From: Saccostrea cucullata
Taxonomy: Eukaryota
Reading direction: 5' to 3'
Length of the DNA: 64,000 nucleotides
Assembly: GCF_032062105.1 (NCBI RefSeq)
Contig: NW_026936651.1
Span: 1-64,000, forward strand
The position numbers and the translations under genes were made by a program. Below, piece by piece: positions 51,920-64,000 of this stretch. The notes beneath the pieces are model-generated. The model saw only the letters and a program-made list of their open reading frames with translations, was not told where the DNA came from and did not search any database. Numbering within the stretch: the first letter of the stretch is position 1; each line of letters opens with the position of its first letter.

Positions 51920-53652
51920 ATGGGGGATGAACAAACTGTAGTCGTAGCCAAGTATGACTACAAGGCAGAAAACGGACAGGAATTAGACATCAAGAAACAT
52001 GAAAAATTAGTGTTACTGGATGATTCTAGAGATTGGTGGAAAGTACAAAATGCAAGGAACAAATCAGGTTACGTTCCTTCTAATTATGTCAAGAGGTCAA
52101 ATTCTAAGGCTTCCAAACTCTTCAGCAGAGTGAAGAAAAATCTGGCCAGGAGAAACAAAAGTGACACGAAAATAACAGGAACAAGTCCCATAGTGAGTCG
52201 AAATGGGGACACAGGAAGTGACGAAAATAGTATTAGTAGTGACATCCAGGCTGTGGATCCACAACCCGCGATTGTGAAATATAATTATACCCCGAAACGG
52301 CCTGACGAGATGGAATTATTCAAAGGAGAGCGTGTGATGGTATTGGAGAAATCCATCGATGGGTGGTGGAAGGGCAGAAAGTCGGACAATATAACGTCTG
52401 GATGGTTTCCATCCAATTATGTTGATTTGGAACCTTCTGAACAAAATGATTGTACTATGTACTCAACAGCTGCCTCTCTGGAGGATGACTCAGTGGCGGA
52501 CTACTCTGTCGACCACCATCAAAATGTCCTCGCATTGTATCCGTTCCATCCGGAAAATCCAGAAGAACTCGGATTTGAAAAGGGGGAGCGATTAGTTATT
52601 CTCAGTAAACCTCCAGATGATCCAGAGTGGTGGAAGGCCGTGAACAGTCAAGGAGAGATGGGGCTAATACCCAGAAACTATGTACAGACAATCGAGGTGG
52701 AGGAGAAACTGGACGTGGAGTGTGAGACCAATGCTAGCTCCACCACGCCCCAATCCCAGTCCACCAGCAGTCTTTCTAATGCCTCAAATCTCAGTGTGGT
52801 GGGGGTCACCAGTAGAAAACAGTTCAGAGTGTCGGGACCTTTGGCCGACAAAGAGTGGTATTATGGGAAAATTTCCCGACAAGAGTGTGAGGATATGTTA
52901 CGGAAGTACGCTGCCGAGGGGGATTTTATTATACGGGACAGTGAATCAGCTGTGAGTATTGAATGGAAATAATAATTCCCATTTGTGTATTCGTGTAATT
53001 ATGAATGAAGATATGTGTGTGTTTACACATCATCATATGAGTAATTACCTTGTTCATTGCTGTATGTAAATCTACAAGCAGTCATTTGTGTTTATGCCAA
53101 GTAATTTACTAATTATATGAAATTCCTTGCATAGTAAATTTGATTATTCATTATTTCTCTGTTTGTAAAATGGTCTGTTTAAATAACAGTAGTCATATTG
53201 TAGTAACTGCACAATAGAAGTTTTGTTTCAAGAAGTTTCTTATGAAATTCTCTACTCTTATGTACCTAAGTATTGTAAAGAATTAGAATTTAGAATATGT
53301 TAAGTGGATGAAGTATCCATTCAAAACTATGTACCTGCAGTTAATGATGTAGTATACCATATCATATCACACAAAAGATAAAGTCTTAATGATCCATACT
53401 TTATTTGACTGATTAACCAAAGCTTTATTAATTTCATTACAGAGTGGAAATTTCACAGTAGTGCTTAAGGCTGTAGAGAGAAACAAACATTTCCGTGTGC
53501 AAGTAAACGAGGAAGGATTGTATCAGATTGGACAACAAAAGTTTGCCAACCTTGACGATTTGATTGAACATTACAAGAAACACCCCATCTTCAAGCAGGA
53601 GAGTGAAAAACTGTATTTAGTCAAACCATTCACCCTTCCCGCCGAATTTTGA
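51920..53652 (+). CDS. NCK: Cytoplasmic adaptor NCK/Dock (SH3-SH3-SH3-SH2), about 413 aa
   Basis: Exons 51920-52951 and 53443-53652; SH3 motifs VVAKYDY...WWKV...[15 protein letters not shown]...GWWKG...[13 protein letters not shown]...DPEWWKA...GLIPRNYV; SH2 WYYGKISR...[10 protein letters not shown]...NKHFRV...[11 protein letters not shown]. Confidence 0.96.
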
Positions 53653-55508
53653 CATAGGATGTCTGCTTCTGTTGATTTTCATTCTGTGTAGATTCTGACT
53701 TTGTGCACCTGATGGTCACGTCAATGTTCTCTCACTGTATTTGATATGAGATTATGTGGTATCTTATAAGTGTATTTATTTCTGTCCTGGTACTTATTCT
53801 GCCTATACATGTTTTTTTTAACATCTTCAGAAGATTGAAACTCATAAAATTTTATGGTTTAGGGACACATTTTTTCAAAGTTTTTCAAACCTAAAATGTT
53901 GATTGGAGAATTTTCCTCAATTTAGAGATTAAGGATTTATTAACAGAAACAAGTATTTATCAGAAAGAATTTTTTTTAAGTTGTTGTTAAATGTACTCGA
54001 TATTTTCTCTGTATGCAAAGTATCTTTACTGATGTTTGAACTTTTTTCACTTTACATCATGTGAATCCAGATTGGTTATTTATCTGAAAATCAGAATTGA
54101 TGAGTCAGTGAACAGGAAATATGTACTATGTACATAAGGGGTACTATGTATATATTGATTAGGTTTATAGATTCTTTGCTAAGCGTTCTCAGCAATTTTT
54201 CATATAAATTAAAACACAGATTTGTGAGATCATTTTTGTCTGTTATGCCAAGTAATGCTTTATAGACATGATAGAGGTTTTAATTTTTCTGAATTGGAAG
54301 AGGAAGGTGGTATTTACATGTATAAGTATCATAGATAATAGTAACTAATGTCTTTATAGTAAACTGTGTAAGTTTTTAGGAACAGGGAGAGTGCTTAAGT
54401 CAAGCTTCCTGCCACTTTTTAGATTTGTTCCGACTTTTTCAAGGAACATTTAGAAAATCTGTGCAACTGTGTAAACTTTCTTTGAACTGTGTTACACTGG
54501 AAGAATTGCAATATTTCCATAGATAAGATACTACCCATATCATGTTTACTGAGGAGTTATGTAAAACTAGTTACACAAAATAATAATGCATTAAACATAT
54601 GTATAAGTTGTAATTTATTAGTTTACTGAATGATGAATGAGAAAGTGTTTGCAATGTTCATTATTAAGACTATAATATCCCTCCCAAGTTGTAAATGATT
54701 TTATTCAGGGTCCCGATAGTCCCCCCTCCCTTATTATATGTAATAACTCTAGTCAGTGTAGACAAAATGATTTCAGATTTTATGATGTACACAGTTTTCA
54801 CACCCTCTCCACATTATGTATCATGTACATATACATGTATCTTTAAATCTTTCTAGTGAACTTTAGTGCTTATATGAGAATGAAAGAGGCCATTTTTTGC
54901 TCAAATTGAGAAAAAAAGAATTAAATATTGTTTATGGTCGTGCTAATAGATTTTCAGCTGTGCATAAGGAGGTTTGTTTTTAGGTACCGTTTGTATCTGT
55001 AATATATACTTATTTATTATGATAGAATTAGAAAACTTGGAATTTCTTACAGACTTTTCAAATATGTTGAAATATGGAACATTGAAGATCAGTTTTATAA
55101 GGGTATTTTGTTTGTTACATCAGTATTTTTACATAAATGTAATAGATCATGTCCAGCTAGGTTTGAATACCATTATGATAGGCATAAAATAGAAAAGGAA
55201 ATGGATGATAAGATATAATTTGCCATAAAAATTACATGTATAACATAATTTAGTTGCTTTAAGGCTTTGACTCCTTCACTCTGTGTATAGGTACATTGTA
55301 TTCAAACAGATCGTCTACAACATGTACAAACTTACTACAAAAAATCACTTGTTCATCTCAGGTGCCGTTTTTCAGCATTTCCTGCATATCTGTACATGTA
55401 TATGGATGTTTTGGTATAATTATATATCCAAGCTTGAGAAAAACTTAATTTAAATATTTTCAACTTTATCATAAATGCTGTTTACAAACATACTTCTGTT
55501 TGTAAAAA

Positions 55509-55693
55509 GTACAGTGCACAGTTATTTTGCCTGTGTTATTTTCGCCCTTTTGCACTTGCAAGCAATTTTGCCCCATTTTAAATTTGCCCAGTCATAGCTT
55601 TGTCAAAGAAATTTTAAATCTGACCAACCATGAAGAGGGCGAAAGGGTCGAAAATAAAACAAGGATGAAAATTACCCTGTACATGTATACAGT
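55509..55693. mobile_element. MITE in the NCK 3' region (family also near 59515-59737)
   Basis: ttattttcgccctttt and aagggcgaaa...aaaataaaac inverted motifs, ending in tacagta. Confidence 0.6.
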
Positions 55694-56865
55694 ATTAATA
55701 TCATAATCCTGGTCAAAAATGGGCACAGCACTCCACATACATACCAGTTTTCCTTTTATCATTTAAGATATCATTGGAGATCTTAAAGTACAGTGTACCT
55801 CAAGTTCATTTTACCTTTTTGTGTGTCACACAGAATAAAGCATATGATCATCCAAAATTCTTTAAATCAGACTACTGACTAGGATGTCTTCCTTTTTTTA
55901 TTCTTTGCAAAAAAGGAATGACTGATATAAGCAGGTTTTTCTTGATATATAAAAACATTCGCTGATTTCTCTATCTCTTGGTTTCAATTGATATACAGAT
56001 TTTATAATCGAATATTGTTAAATGTAATACATATACTTTTTTTTTCTTTTTTAAAAAGTTATTAATTAGTAATTGGCAGTATCAAGTTTTTTGTTAGTTT
56101 ATGGTTATCTTATCGTTTGATTGCAAGATATGAAATTTAAAAAAAGAACAAGAAATTTGTTGAAACGGGTCTGTTTTGCTATTTAATTGGCCGTGTATTT
56201 GTTATATTTGTGAGTATATATGCAGTGAAGTTGCTTGGTTGTCTTTTTTACAGAAGTACATAGTGTAAATAATGTGAGAATACATGTCTTTTTATTTGTT
56301 TTATGAAGTCATCTGTACTTAAAGTATACAAGGTACAAAGTTTTATTTTAAATAATGTGATATACTAGGACTTGTTTAAGATTTTAATGGTAGTTCCTCT
56401 ATTTGTTCTCGAAAAATAGGTTGTAGTTTTTATGCACTTCAAAATGGCACAAAGCTCACGTCTTGAGTTATCCCCCTTGTCAAGGAGTATTTCTGATACA
56501 CCTGTTGTTTTCATGAATGGTTAACATTTGTAAACAGTTGCTGCTTACTCATTCAGTTGTAATTGGGAGTTGTGCATTTATCTTTTTAGGTTTTAACAAG
56601 GACATTTTGTATAACTGCATGACAACTGAATAAATTAAGATATAGAGCATTGTTTGTGTTTCTATTTTGTGTTAAACTTTGACTCAAGGAGTGCTCATGG
56701 CAAGGAATGATTTATAAGCATTTAATATACTGTGTTGTATTCACAGGTGAAGGAATATAAATCAAGAAATAGCAACACAGTTGAATAGGAACATGGACTT
56801 CCGGGCTCATTGTCTGGCCAATGACAACGAGAATCAAATCTACCATGTATAATACATGTTCTAGA

Positions 56866-57077
56866 TACTGTAAATCACTTTTTATTCGCGAGAACTTTAT
56901 TTTCGCGTAATTTCACGAGACGGTATGCTCGCGAAAATTTCATTCTCGCTTATAATAGAATTCCTTAAGATTATGTAGAGCAATGACCACAATTTGTGAA
57001 ACTTTTGTTTCGCTAAAAAAGAGTCAAAGACTATCTCGCGAAAATAAGGTGTCGCGATAATTAAGTGATCAACAGTA
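56866..57077. mobile_element. ~210-bp MITE, copy 3
   Basis: tactgtaaatcactttttattcgcgagaac...ttaagtgatcaacagta; very similar to 4362-4573. Confidence 0.85.
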
Positions 57078-58063
57078 CTTGAATCAAATCTTAGGGACAG
57101 ACTTCAAAGTGCCAGACCTTGGTGCATGGAATGTTTTTGCAATAAGTAGCAAATGCATTGTTGGCAAGTATGTTGAGACATACAGTATCATATAAAATTA
57201 CATGTACATTTGTACAGTGCATTGATTTTGTTTAATGGTAATTGTAAAGTTACCATCTTTAATTTGGTAACTACATGAATCATTTACTTAATTCCCAGCA
57301 AATAGCTAGGCTAGAGTTAAAAGATCAAGGTTCTGTGTATTATCAGGACTTGGACCTTGCAAGATTTATCTTGAACCTTTTTGGGGGATGGGGATGAGGG
57401 AATACTTCCCATTAACTGTGTGCCTTAATTAAATGCATCCCTCAGTTATAAAAATCACCATGTCACACTAGATAGAAATTCTATTTTATGCTTCAATTAT
57501 AAATGGAATACAATATGCTGTGAAGCTCCTGCAAAATTTTTATTACAACTGCAAAAGAGTGAAACAAATAATTTACGTAATGTTATCTTGTACACAAGTT
57601 CAACAGTTAATATAAACATATATATAAAGACTGACTCTCATTTAGGAACAAGCACACACATAAATCTATACATGTACAACAATAGAAAGAATATCACAGT
57701 CTCTATTATTAACAAGAACAATTATTTTTAGATAATTGAAGCACACAATAGGTAATGGAAATCTGATCAGGACCTTTATCAATTATCATTGTTCTTTAAT
57801 ATCCCACAGATTCGTATATGATTTTTTAGTGAATGGCTTCTGGTACATGCAACTTCAAATCAATTTAAAAATCCAATATATTAAATTTGATGGGAATTTT
57901 TGAAAATATAAACACATGATAATGAAATTAAATATTACATATTTTACAAATTACAAGTATTTATATGAGAAAGTGAAACCATCTTTGACAAATACAAAGA
58001 CACCTTGTCTTTGTGAATTAATACGTAAATCTTGATATCTACGAAAATCTAACAATAGGGCCA

Positions 58064-61000
58064 TCATTTGATTGACACAGGTCTGTTGTTGGCCAGGTTC
58101 TGTAACTCCTGCATGGCTTTCTTGACCTCCTTGGCTTCCTTCATTGAATTCACTCGTACAGCATTGTAGCGAGACTGGATCTGTATAAAATTAACAATGA
58201 TGTGACAAGAATATTCATTACTAGTTTGTATTTTAAGACATTGCCAATAGAAAAATGAGGGATATCAACAAGTATTATGAGTACTAAACTTAAACCTCAT
58301 CGTTGAATACCCACGGTTGATCTCGTTCTTTACTCAGCACCAAATGATGATGAGTAAAGACGAGATCACCCGTGGTTATCCCATGATGCTTAAACCTCTG
58401 ATTATTGTTCTTCCCAATTAATGTTGACATCCCTAGAAATAATTCTTTGATTTCCACTATATAGTGTTAAAAAAATTATGAACACAGTCGAATACTGAAC
58501 AGAAAGAATGTACAAATAAAATATCTTTTCCAATTAAAGAAATATCGTAAAACATTTAAAGAATCTAACCTCGCTGAGAAGTACTGGTGCCTGGTTGAAT
58601 TTCTTCTGCTTCTTCGGATCTTTGAGGACAGTTGCCAGGTTTGCTTCTTCAGTGGTAGAACGATTCTTAAGATTTTCTAGCACCTCGTCAATTTTCTGTT
58701 GCCTTGTCTTACGAGGTGGTTGAGGAGGCATTTGCCACTACAAACAGAATTTTTGTGAGTTAGAAAATTACAAAATGTCATCGTTGAATAAATTCAAGTT
58801 GCTTTGTTTAATGTTCATGCCAATTTAAAGCTCAAAAATATTTGTGTAGTTATTTTGTAAATGACAAAAAAGATTAGACTGGAGGGAGCGGGCTTTACCT
58901 TTTGATACGGAGGAACTGGTTTGCCCACTTTATGAAGGAGAGCTGCAGAGTCACGGTACACTAGTTCATGGTTCAGTGCATACTTCAAAGCTTTGATATT
59001 ACCCTGCATATCTACAAAACACAGATATTCTTTACTAGTAACTATTTTTTTTAAACAAACTTGACATTCACAATGGACATGAGTTTTAGTTGTAAAAAAT
59101 ATGTAATACTTTGATCATAGGTTTTGACACTTAATTAGTAACACTTCTTCACAGAGTTATATGACTTGAACAAATTTGATTCCACACTAGTACCTGAAGA
59201 TGTTTATCACATACATTTTACATTAAATGGCTCAACATTTTACCCTAAATGGATCAATCTTTGTTCTTGCAAAAATAATGAAAAGGTTTTTTTTCTACAC
59301 ATTCTTATGTAAAACTTAATTTGATTGCCCATTGTACTGGACCCTCACTTCCCAAGGATATGCTTTGAAAAAATGACCAATTTTGGCTTTGCTTTTTTTT
59401 TTTTTTTTTCCAAGATGATTTCTATTGATATTTCCAATATTTTACTGTAAACTTAAAATACCCTAAGTGACTTCACCCTACCCCAGATATGATCTAAACA
59501 AATTTGAAACTTTACTACTGTATGCTGGGAAATGTTTGATCATGTTTTATTTTGGCCCCTTTCACCCTTGCCTATGTTACATAAATTTAAAACGGGGCGA
59601 ATTCATCATGTTCATAGAATGCAGTATAATTTTTTAAACAAAAGTGTGACTGGGTGAATTTAAGAAGGGGCAAAATTGTTTGCATGTTTGAAAGGGCGGA
59701 AATAAAGCAGGACGAAAATATCCCTCCATGTATACAATATGTAATTAAACTTTCACACAAGTTAATCTTTCCTTGACTAGCAATTCTGAAAAGAAGATTT
59801 TAAGTAGATGCCATCAAATTTTTAATTATCTCTCCTTGCAAACTGCACGCCACTTAATTTGAAAACAAAAGTCATACCCCCTTCACCCAAAGATGTTTGA
59901 TGGTAAGTCTGGCTGAAATTTGCCCAGTGGTTTCTGAGAAGAATCGAAAATTAATGTGAAAAGTATATAGAGACAGAAGACAGATGGATACAGGACTAAA
60001 TACTGCCAAAAAAACTCGTTTAAAATCTCCACTCAGGTGAGCTGACCAGGTTGTATGATATCTAGAATCATAAATTATTCTTTGAATTAAAGATGTTTAA
60101 TTAGTTTTTGAAGTGAATACCTTTTGGAGTAACAAAATCTGGGTCATCCTCAGCATCAAGGAGGATTTCGTATCCCTTATATTTATCTGGTATGTCCCTC
60201 CTTTTGGGTCGTTTTTCCGGTTTTTCTCTCCTCTTTGGTCTGGTTGGCACTGGTTTACTCTCTTCTTCTGGCTCATCAACCTATGAAATGAAAATATTGA
60301 ATTCTATGAACAAAGAACCAATTTCTGTCTACATGAAATTTAGTTTAATGGGCCTGTACAATCAAGGCTTATAACAATTACTTTTGAAGCTTTTTATTTT
60401 TTTAACTGGTAGTTTTAAGAGTGAGTTTACCTGTGTCATGAAGAATGCAGCTTTGTCATCCTTCTTTTGGTCTGCTCCAGCTGCCTCTTCCTCTGAGTGG
60501 GCACGCTGGTACTGTGGAGATGGGGGGATGGCCGATTCCTCCTTAGGAGGGGACTGATATCGACTGTACTCAGGTGATGGAGGGATAACAGAGGTACCCT
60601 CAGGAGGGGACTGCATTCTACTATAGTTAGCAGAGGGAGGGATGGTTGAGGACTCCTCTGGAGGGGACTGCATTCTACTGTAGCTAGCAGAGGGAGGGAT
60701 AGCTGAGGACTCTTTTGGAGGAGACTGCATTCTGCTGTACACTGCAGAGGAGGGAACTCGAGCCTCTTTAGGTGCTGAATGCATCCTTCCAGACTCAGGT
60801 GGAGCAGGCACAACAAAAGAGATTTCAGGAGACTCAGATTTTACTGAAGCATCTGAGTCAAAGAGTTTGTTATACTGAGGTGAGGGTGGTATTTCCGCTG
60901 GCTCTTCTGTCTTAGCTGCTATTGGGGGCAATGGTGCTTGATGAAGGTCTAGGCCATCTATGGTTTGACTAACTTTCTCTTTTGGAGGTGGTGGTTCAAG

Positions 61001-63651
61001 CATGAGACGCTCCTCTAAAGTCAATTTGGGAATTTTAGGAACAATAGAGGAGACCTGGGGAAAAAAGTAAAATGTTTACAATTAAATCTGAAAAAATTAT
61101 AAATAAGATCTTAATAGCAACGGTAAACACTTTCAGTAAAGGTTGAAATGAGGTTATTAGGAGCAATTTCAAGGGAAACTGACTAAACACATAGAGTAAT
61201 TAATGTCAACCAAACGTTCAAGTTTAATATCACTTTTCCTACATCTGAAGCAATTTCAATTGACATGGATTCTTACACCCACAATCTGACCTACTCTGAG
61301 ATCCATGATATTACTAATCTGGTACATGAAAATGCAGACATTCTCAGTTCCTGTGCATTTATCAAGTAGTAATTTTGATTTTTTTAAAAAAAATTTACCT
61401 TTCGTTTTCTCTTTGGAGGAACAACCACTTGAGGCTTTGACTTAGGTTGTGGAGCTTTTCGAACCAGTTTAATACCAAGTCTGGCAGTAAGGAAACGTTT
61501 CAGCAGTGGGGGATCCCCACTATGATCTGAGGTCAGAGGGTTATTATGGATCACAAGTTCCACCAGCATGGGCCAGGCTGCCACAGCTAGAAGGGCCTCC
61601 TCTTCAGCTATCTGGTTGTGGGCCAGATTGAGATAGGCCAGCTCTGGGAAGGGTGGCAGATTTGCGGCCAGGAGTTGGGGAGGTTCCTTTGAGATGTTTT
61701 TAGTTTTGTTGTGGTTGGATCTGGATTTTTCTGGTGAAGGCTGAGTTGGTTCCTCTAACAAAGGTTCATTTTCCTGAAGGTCAATGTCTTTTATGGCTTC
61801 TGAAAGGTCACCAAATTCAGCACTGACATCTTGAAAGCTGGCAAATAAATCTGAAAATAAAACCATAAATAAAGATATATAGATATAAAAATGATACTGC
61901 AATAACTTTATGCATAAAAAATCATAAAAATCAATAGAATGAAAAACAAGCATTTAATTATGTGTAGACTAATACTGAAGCATTCATATTTAAACTTTAA
62001 TCATGGATTCAAAGAAAATGCATAGATTAGATACCAGTTAATTTACTGTTCATTTGTGTTTAACAAACTTTTTTAAACATTACAGCTATTTGCAAAAATT
62101 GTTTCATTTTTTTTATAATCTCTCCTAAATATCATGACACATTGTGCACATTTCAGATATACACTAAAATTGACCACTGCTAGAATTACCAGTGCTCTCT
62201 GAGGGTTTTGGTTCTGGAGGAATCTCCTCCTTTTTCATTTCTTGTTCTGGATTTATGGGTGGTTGTGTTTCTATTTTTTCAGGGGAAGGATCCTGCTTTT
62301 CTGTCTTTTCAAGAGGTGGATCTTGTTTTTCTGATCTTTGACCTCTAGCTGACCCTCTAGCAGATAATCTGGCAGATCGTCGGAGTCGTCTTGTTGATTT
62401 CTCATCATCGTTTATAATCATGGTTCCCTCTACTGACTTAAGTTGTGGTACATAATATATATCATTCTTTTCTAGATTCAGGTGCTTTAGTCTGAAATGA
62501 TCATCCACAGAAAACTTAAACTTTGAAATTAATATAACATATTGTAACATACATTTATTTTGATTTTAAATTTTCATAATGTTTGATACAAACCTTTTAA
62601 GTCCTGCTAAAGCAGCAAATACTGAGACATCAGAAAGACGATTGTCATCAAGCATCAGAATTTCCAGTTTAGAGTAACGAAATATTCTGGTTTTACTGAA
62701 ATAGTCATCATAAAGCATTATGCTTATATATATATTTCTTGATTAAATCATGCTTTGTATTTATGAGGCATGGCATATATCTGAAGCATAACATACATGT
62801 ATATACTGCGAAATCACAAATTTTCATGGGGGGTTAATTTTCGTTGTTTCTAGGTATGAAGAGACCCAGGAATTCATGTCCACCACAAAATGTAAAATGT
62901 TACATACATAACTTCTCAACAATTCTTCATCCATGAATTCAAATCCCCACGAACCAAGAGTTTTTACTAAAACCACGAAAATTTGACCCCACGAAAATAT
63001 GTGATTTTACAGTAATACTTACTTTTCTCTGTCAACATAGGGGAGAGCAAAATCAGCAGGAATAGTACGGAAGTTATTGCCTGTCAGGTGTAGAATCTTC
63101 AGGTTTGGTAAAGTTCCCAAACTTAACAGGTCCTCATGAGATAGGTTGTTATAGGACAAATCTACCATCTAAAAACAAATTTATCTTAGATCAACCTATA
63201 CGCCTGCAATGCAGATCAAACAGATGTACATGTTACCATATAAGTATCATTAATTCTTAGGCCAACAGATGAAGCACATATATTACATACCTCCAAATAA
63301 GGGTAGTCCCCATTCTGCAGCTTGATCCCTCTCAGTCCGTTGATGGGCATTTCTAGTTCCCTTAATATTGGAAAACCCCTGAATGCCTCTGTAATAAGCA
63401 TATGCTTCTAATTTTAATCATAAATAATTAATTTAGTTTTTGTATCTACTTGAAAAACAATATCTAGTGTAATTTAAATTAAGTATAAACAAGAAAGTGT
63501 GCTTACCAAATGGAAGATAGTTCTCAGCAGCATTTACATAGGCTACATTATCAAACAGGGCAAGGTCATCTTCTTTGACCTCTGACATTTCTTGACCTGA
63601 TATGTTGACAGAGCATAAGTCTGATGGATCCTCAACGCAGCAGTGCTTCAT
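58064..63651 (-). CDS. XRRA1: X-ray radiation resistance-associated protein 1 (LRR protein); 5' end lies beyond the right edge
   Basis: Exons 63651-63507 (KHCCVEDPSDLCSVNISG...YVNAAENYLPF), 63388-63291, 63168-63023 (DLSYNNL...LHLTGN), 62695-62594 (LEILMLDDNRLS), 62491-62190, 61850-61399 (PPFPELAYLNLAHNQIAEEEALLAVAAWPML...HNNPL...GDPPLL), 61054-60431, 60280-60121 (YKGYEILL), 59011-58899 (NIKALKYALNHELVY), 58737-58570, 58180-58064. Confidence 0.9.
58295..58388. repeat. ~95-bp imperfect palindrome in the last XRRA1 intron
   Basis: ccacggttgatctcgttctttactca...tgagtaaagacgagatcacccgtgg. Confidence 0.75.
59145..60045. mobile_element. Degenerate HINE (same family as 35275-37403) with a nested MITE at about 59515-59737
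   Basis: ttgaacaaatttgattccacacta..cctgaagatg, ggctgaaatttgcccagtgg and terminal ctcaggtgagct. Confidence 0.6.
60505..60785 (-). repeat. Coding tandem repeat in XRRA1, about 5 x 57 bp (19 aa)
   Basis: MQSPPKESSAIPPSASYSR / MQSPPEESSTIPPSANYSR / MQSPPEGTSVIPPSPEYSR / YQSPPKEESAIPPSPQYQR, plus a diverged first unit. Confidence 0.9.
62804..63013. mobile_element. MITE (TA-CTG...CAG-TA) ending a few bases from an XRRA1 donor site
   Basis: tactgcgaaatcacaaattttcatgggg and ccccacgaaaatatgtgattttacagta. Confidence 0.8.
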
Positions 63652-64000
63652 CTAAAACAAGAAAGCAATGCATCACATTAATGTTTCAATTTGACAAAAT
63701 ATATGAGCAATACATATTTTTCTTTTTATTTTATGAGACTGGTCTAAACAGACTTTAAGCAACATTATATCTGTATAAATTTGGGATACATAGACCATGA
63801 ATATTAGTGTATCTATCTCACCTGTAAAAGCATGTGACTAATAATACAATGATTTTTGTTTCATTCCTAGTCCATCCATATATTTTCAGAGAGGAATGAA
63901 TAAACAAACATAAAAAATTTATTATGGATACATATAATCATTATTATGCATTAATAATAAATTTTCGATATAATGTATTTTTAATCCTCCTTTCCATACT

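Noticed and set aside
60436-60816. 126-aa alternative-frame ORF over the XRRA1 repeat
   Set aside because: A by-product of the 57-bp repeat lacking stops in a second frame; no independent splice support.

Overview
AT-rich, intron-rich animal genomic DNA, most likely an oyster (Ostreidae), judged from Helentron-associated (HINE) elements carrying ~166-bp satellite-like arrays and from the proteins encoded. Manual GT-AG splicing gives eight genes: ECT2 (-, 3' end runs off the left edge), LIPT2 (+), CFAP300/C11orf70 (-), an unnamed secreted BRICHOS-like precursor with a long Pro/Arg-rich tail (-), a MOGAT/DGAT2-family acyltransferase (+), an SSUH2 homolog (-, one expected exon appears destroyed), NCK (+) and XRRA1 (-, 5' end runs off the right edge). 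Introns and spacers are crowded with HINEs, MITEs, short palindromic elements and Penelope-like RT relics. The best novelty candidate is the BRICHOS/Pro-Arg precursor, possibly a host-defence peptide precursor. Other highlights: one ECT2 intron has a 7x tandem-amplified donor and a duplicated acceptor; an SSUH2 exon remnant sits inside a transposon; there is a triple-nested transposon; and LIPT2 and CFAP300 have back-to-back poly(A) signals. All gene models were spliced by eye; no database searches were run.
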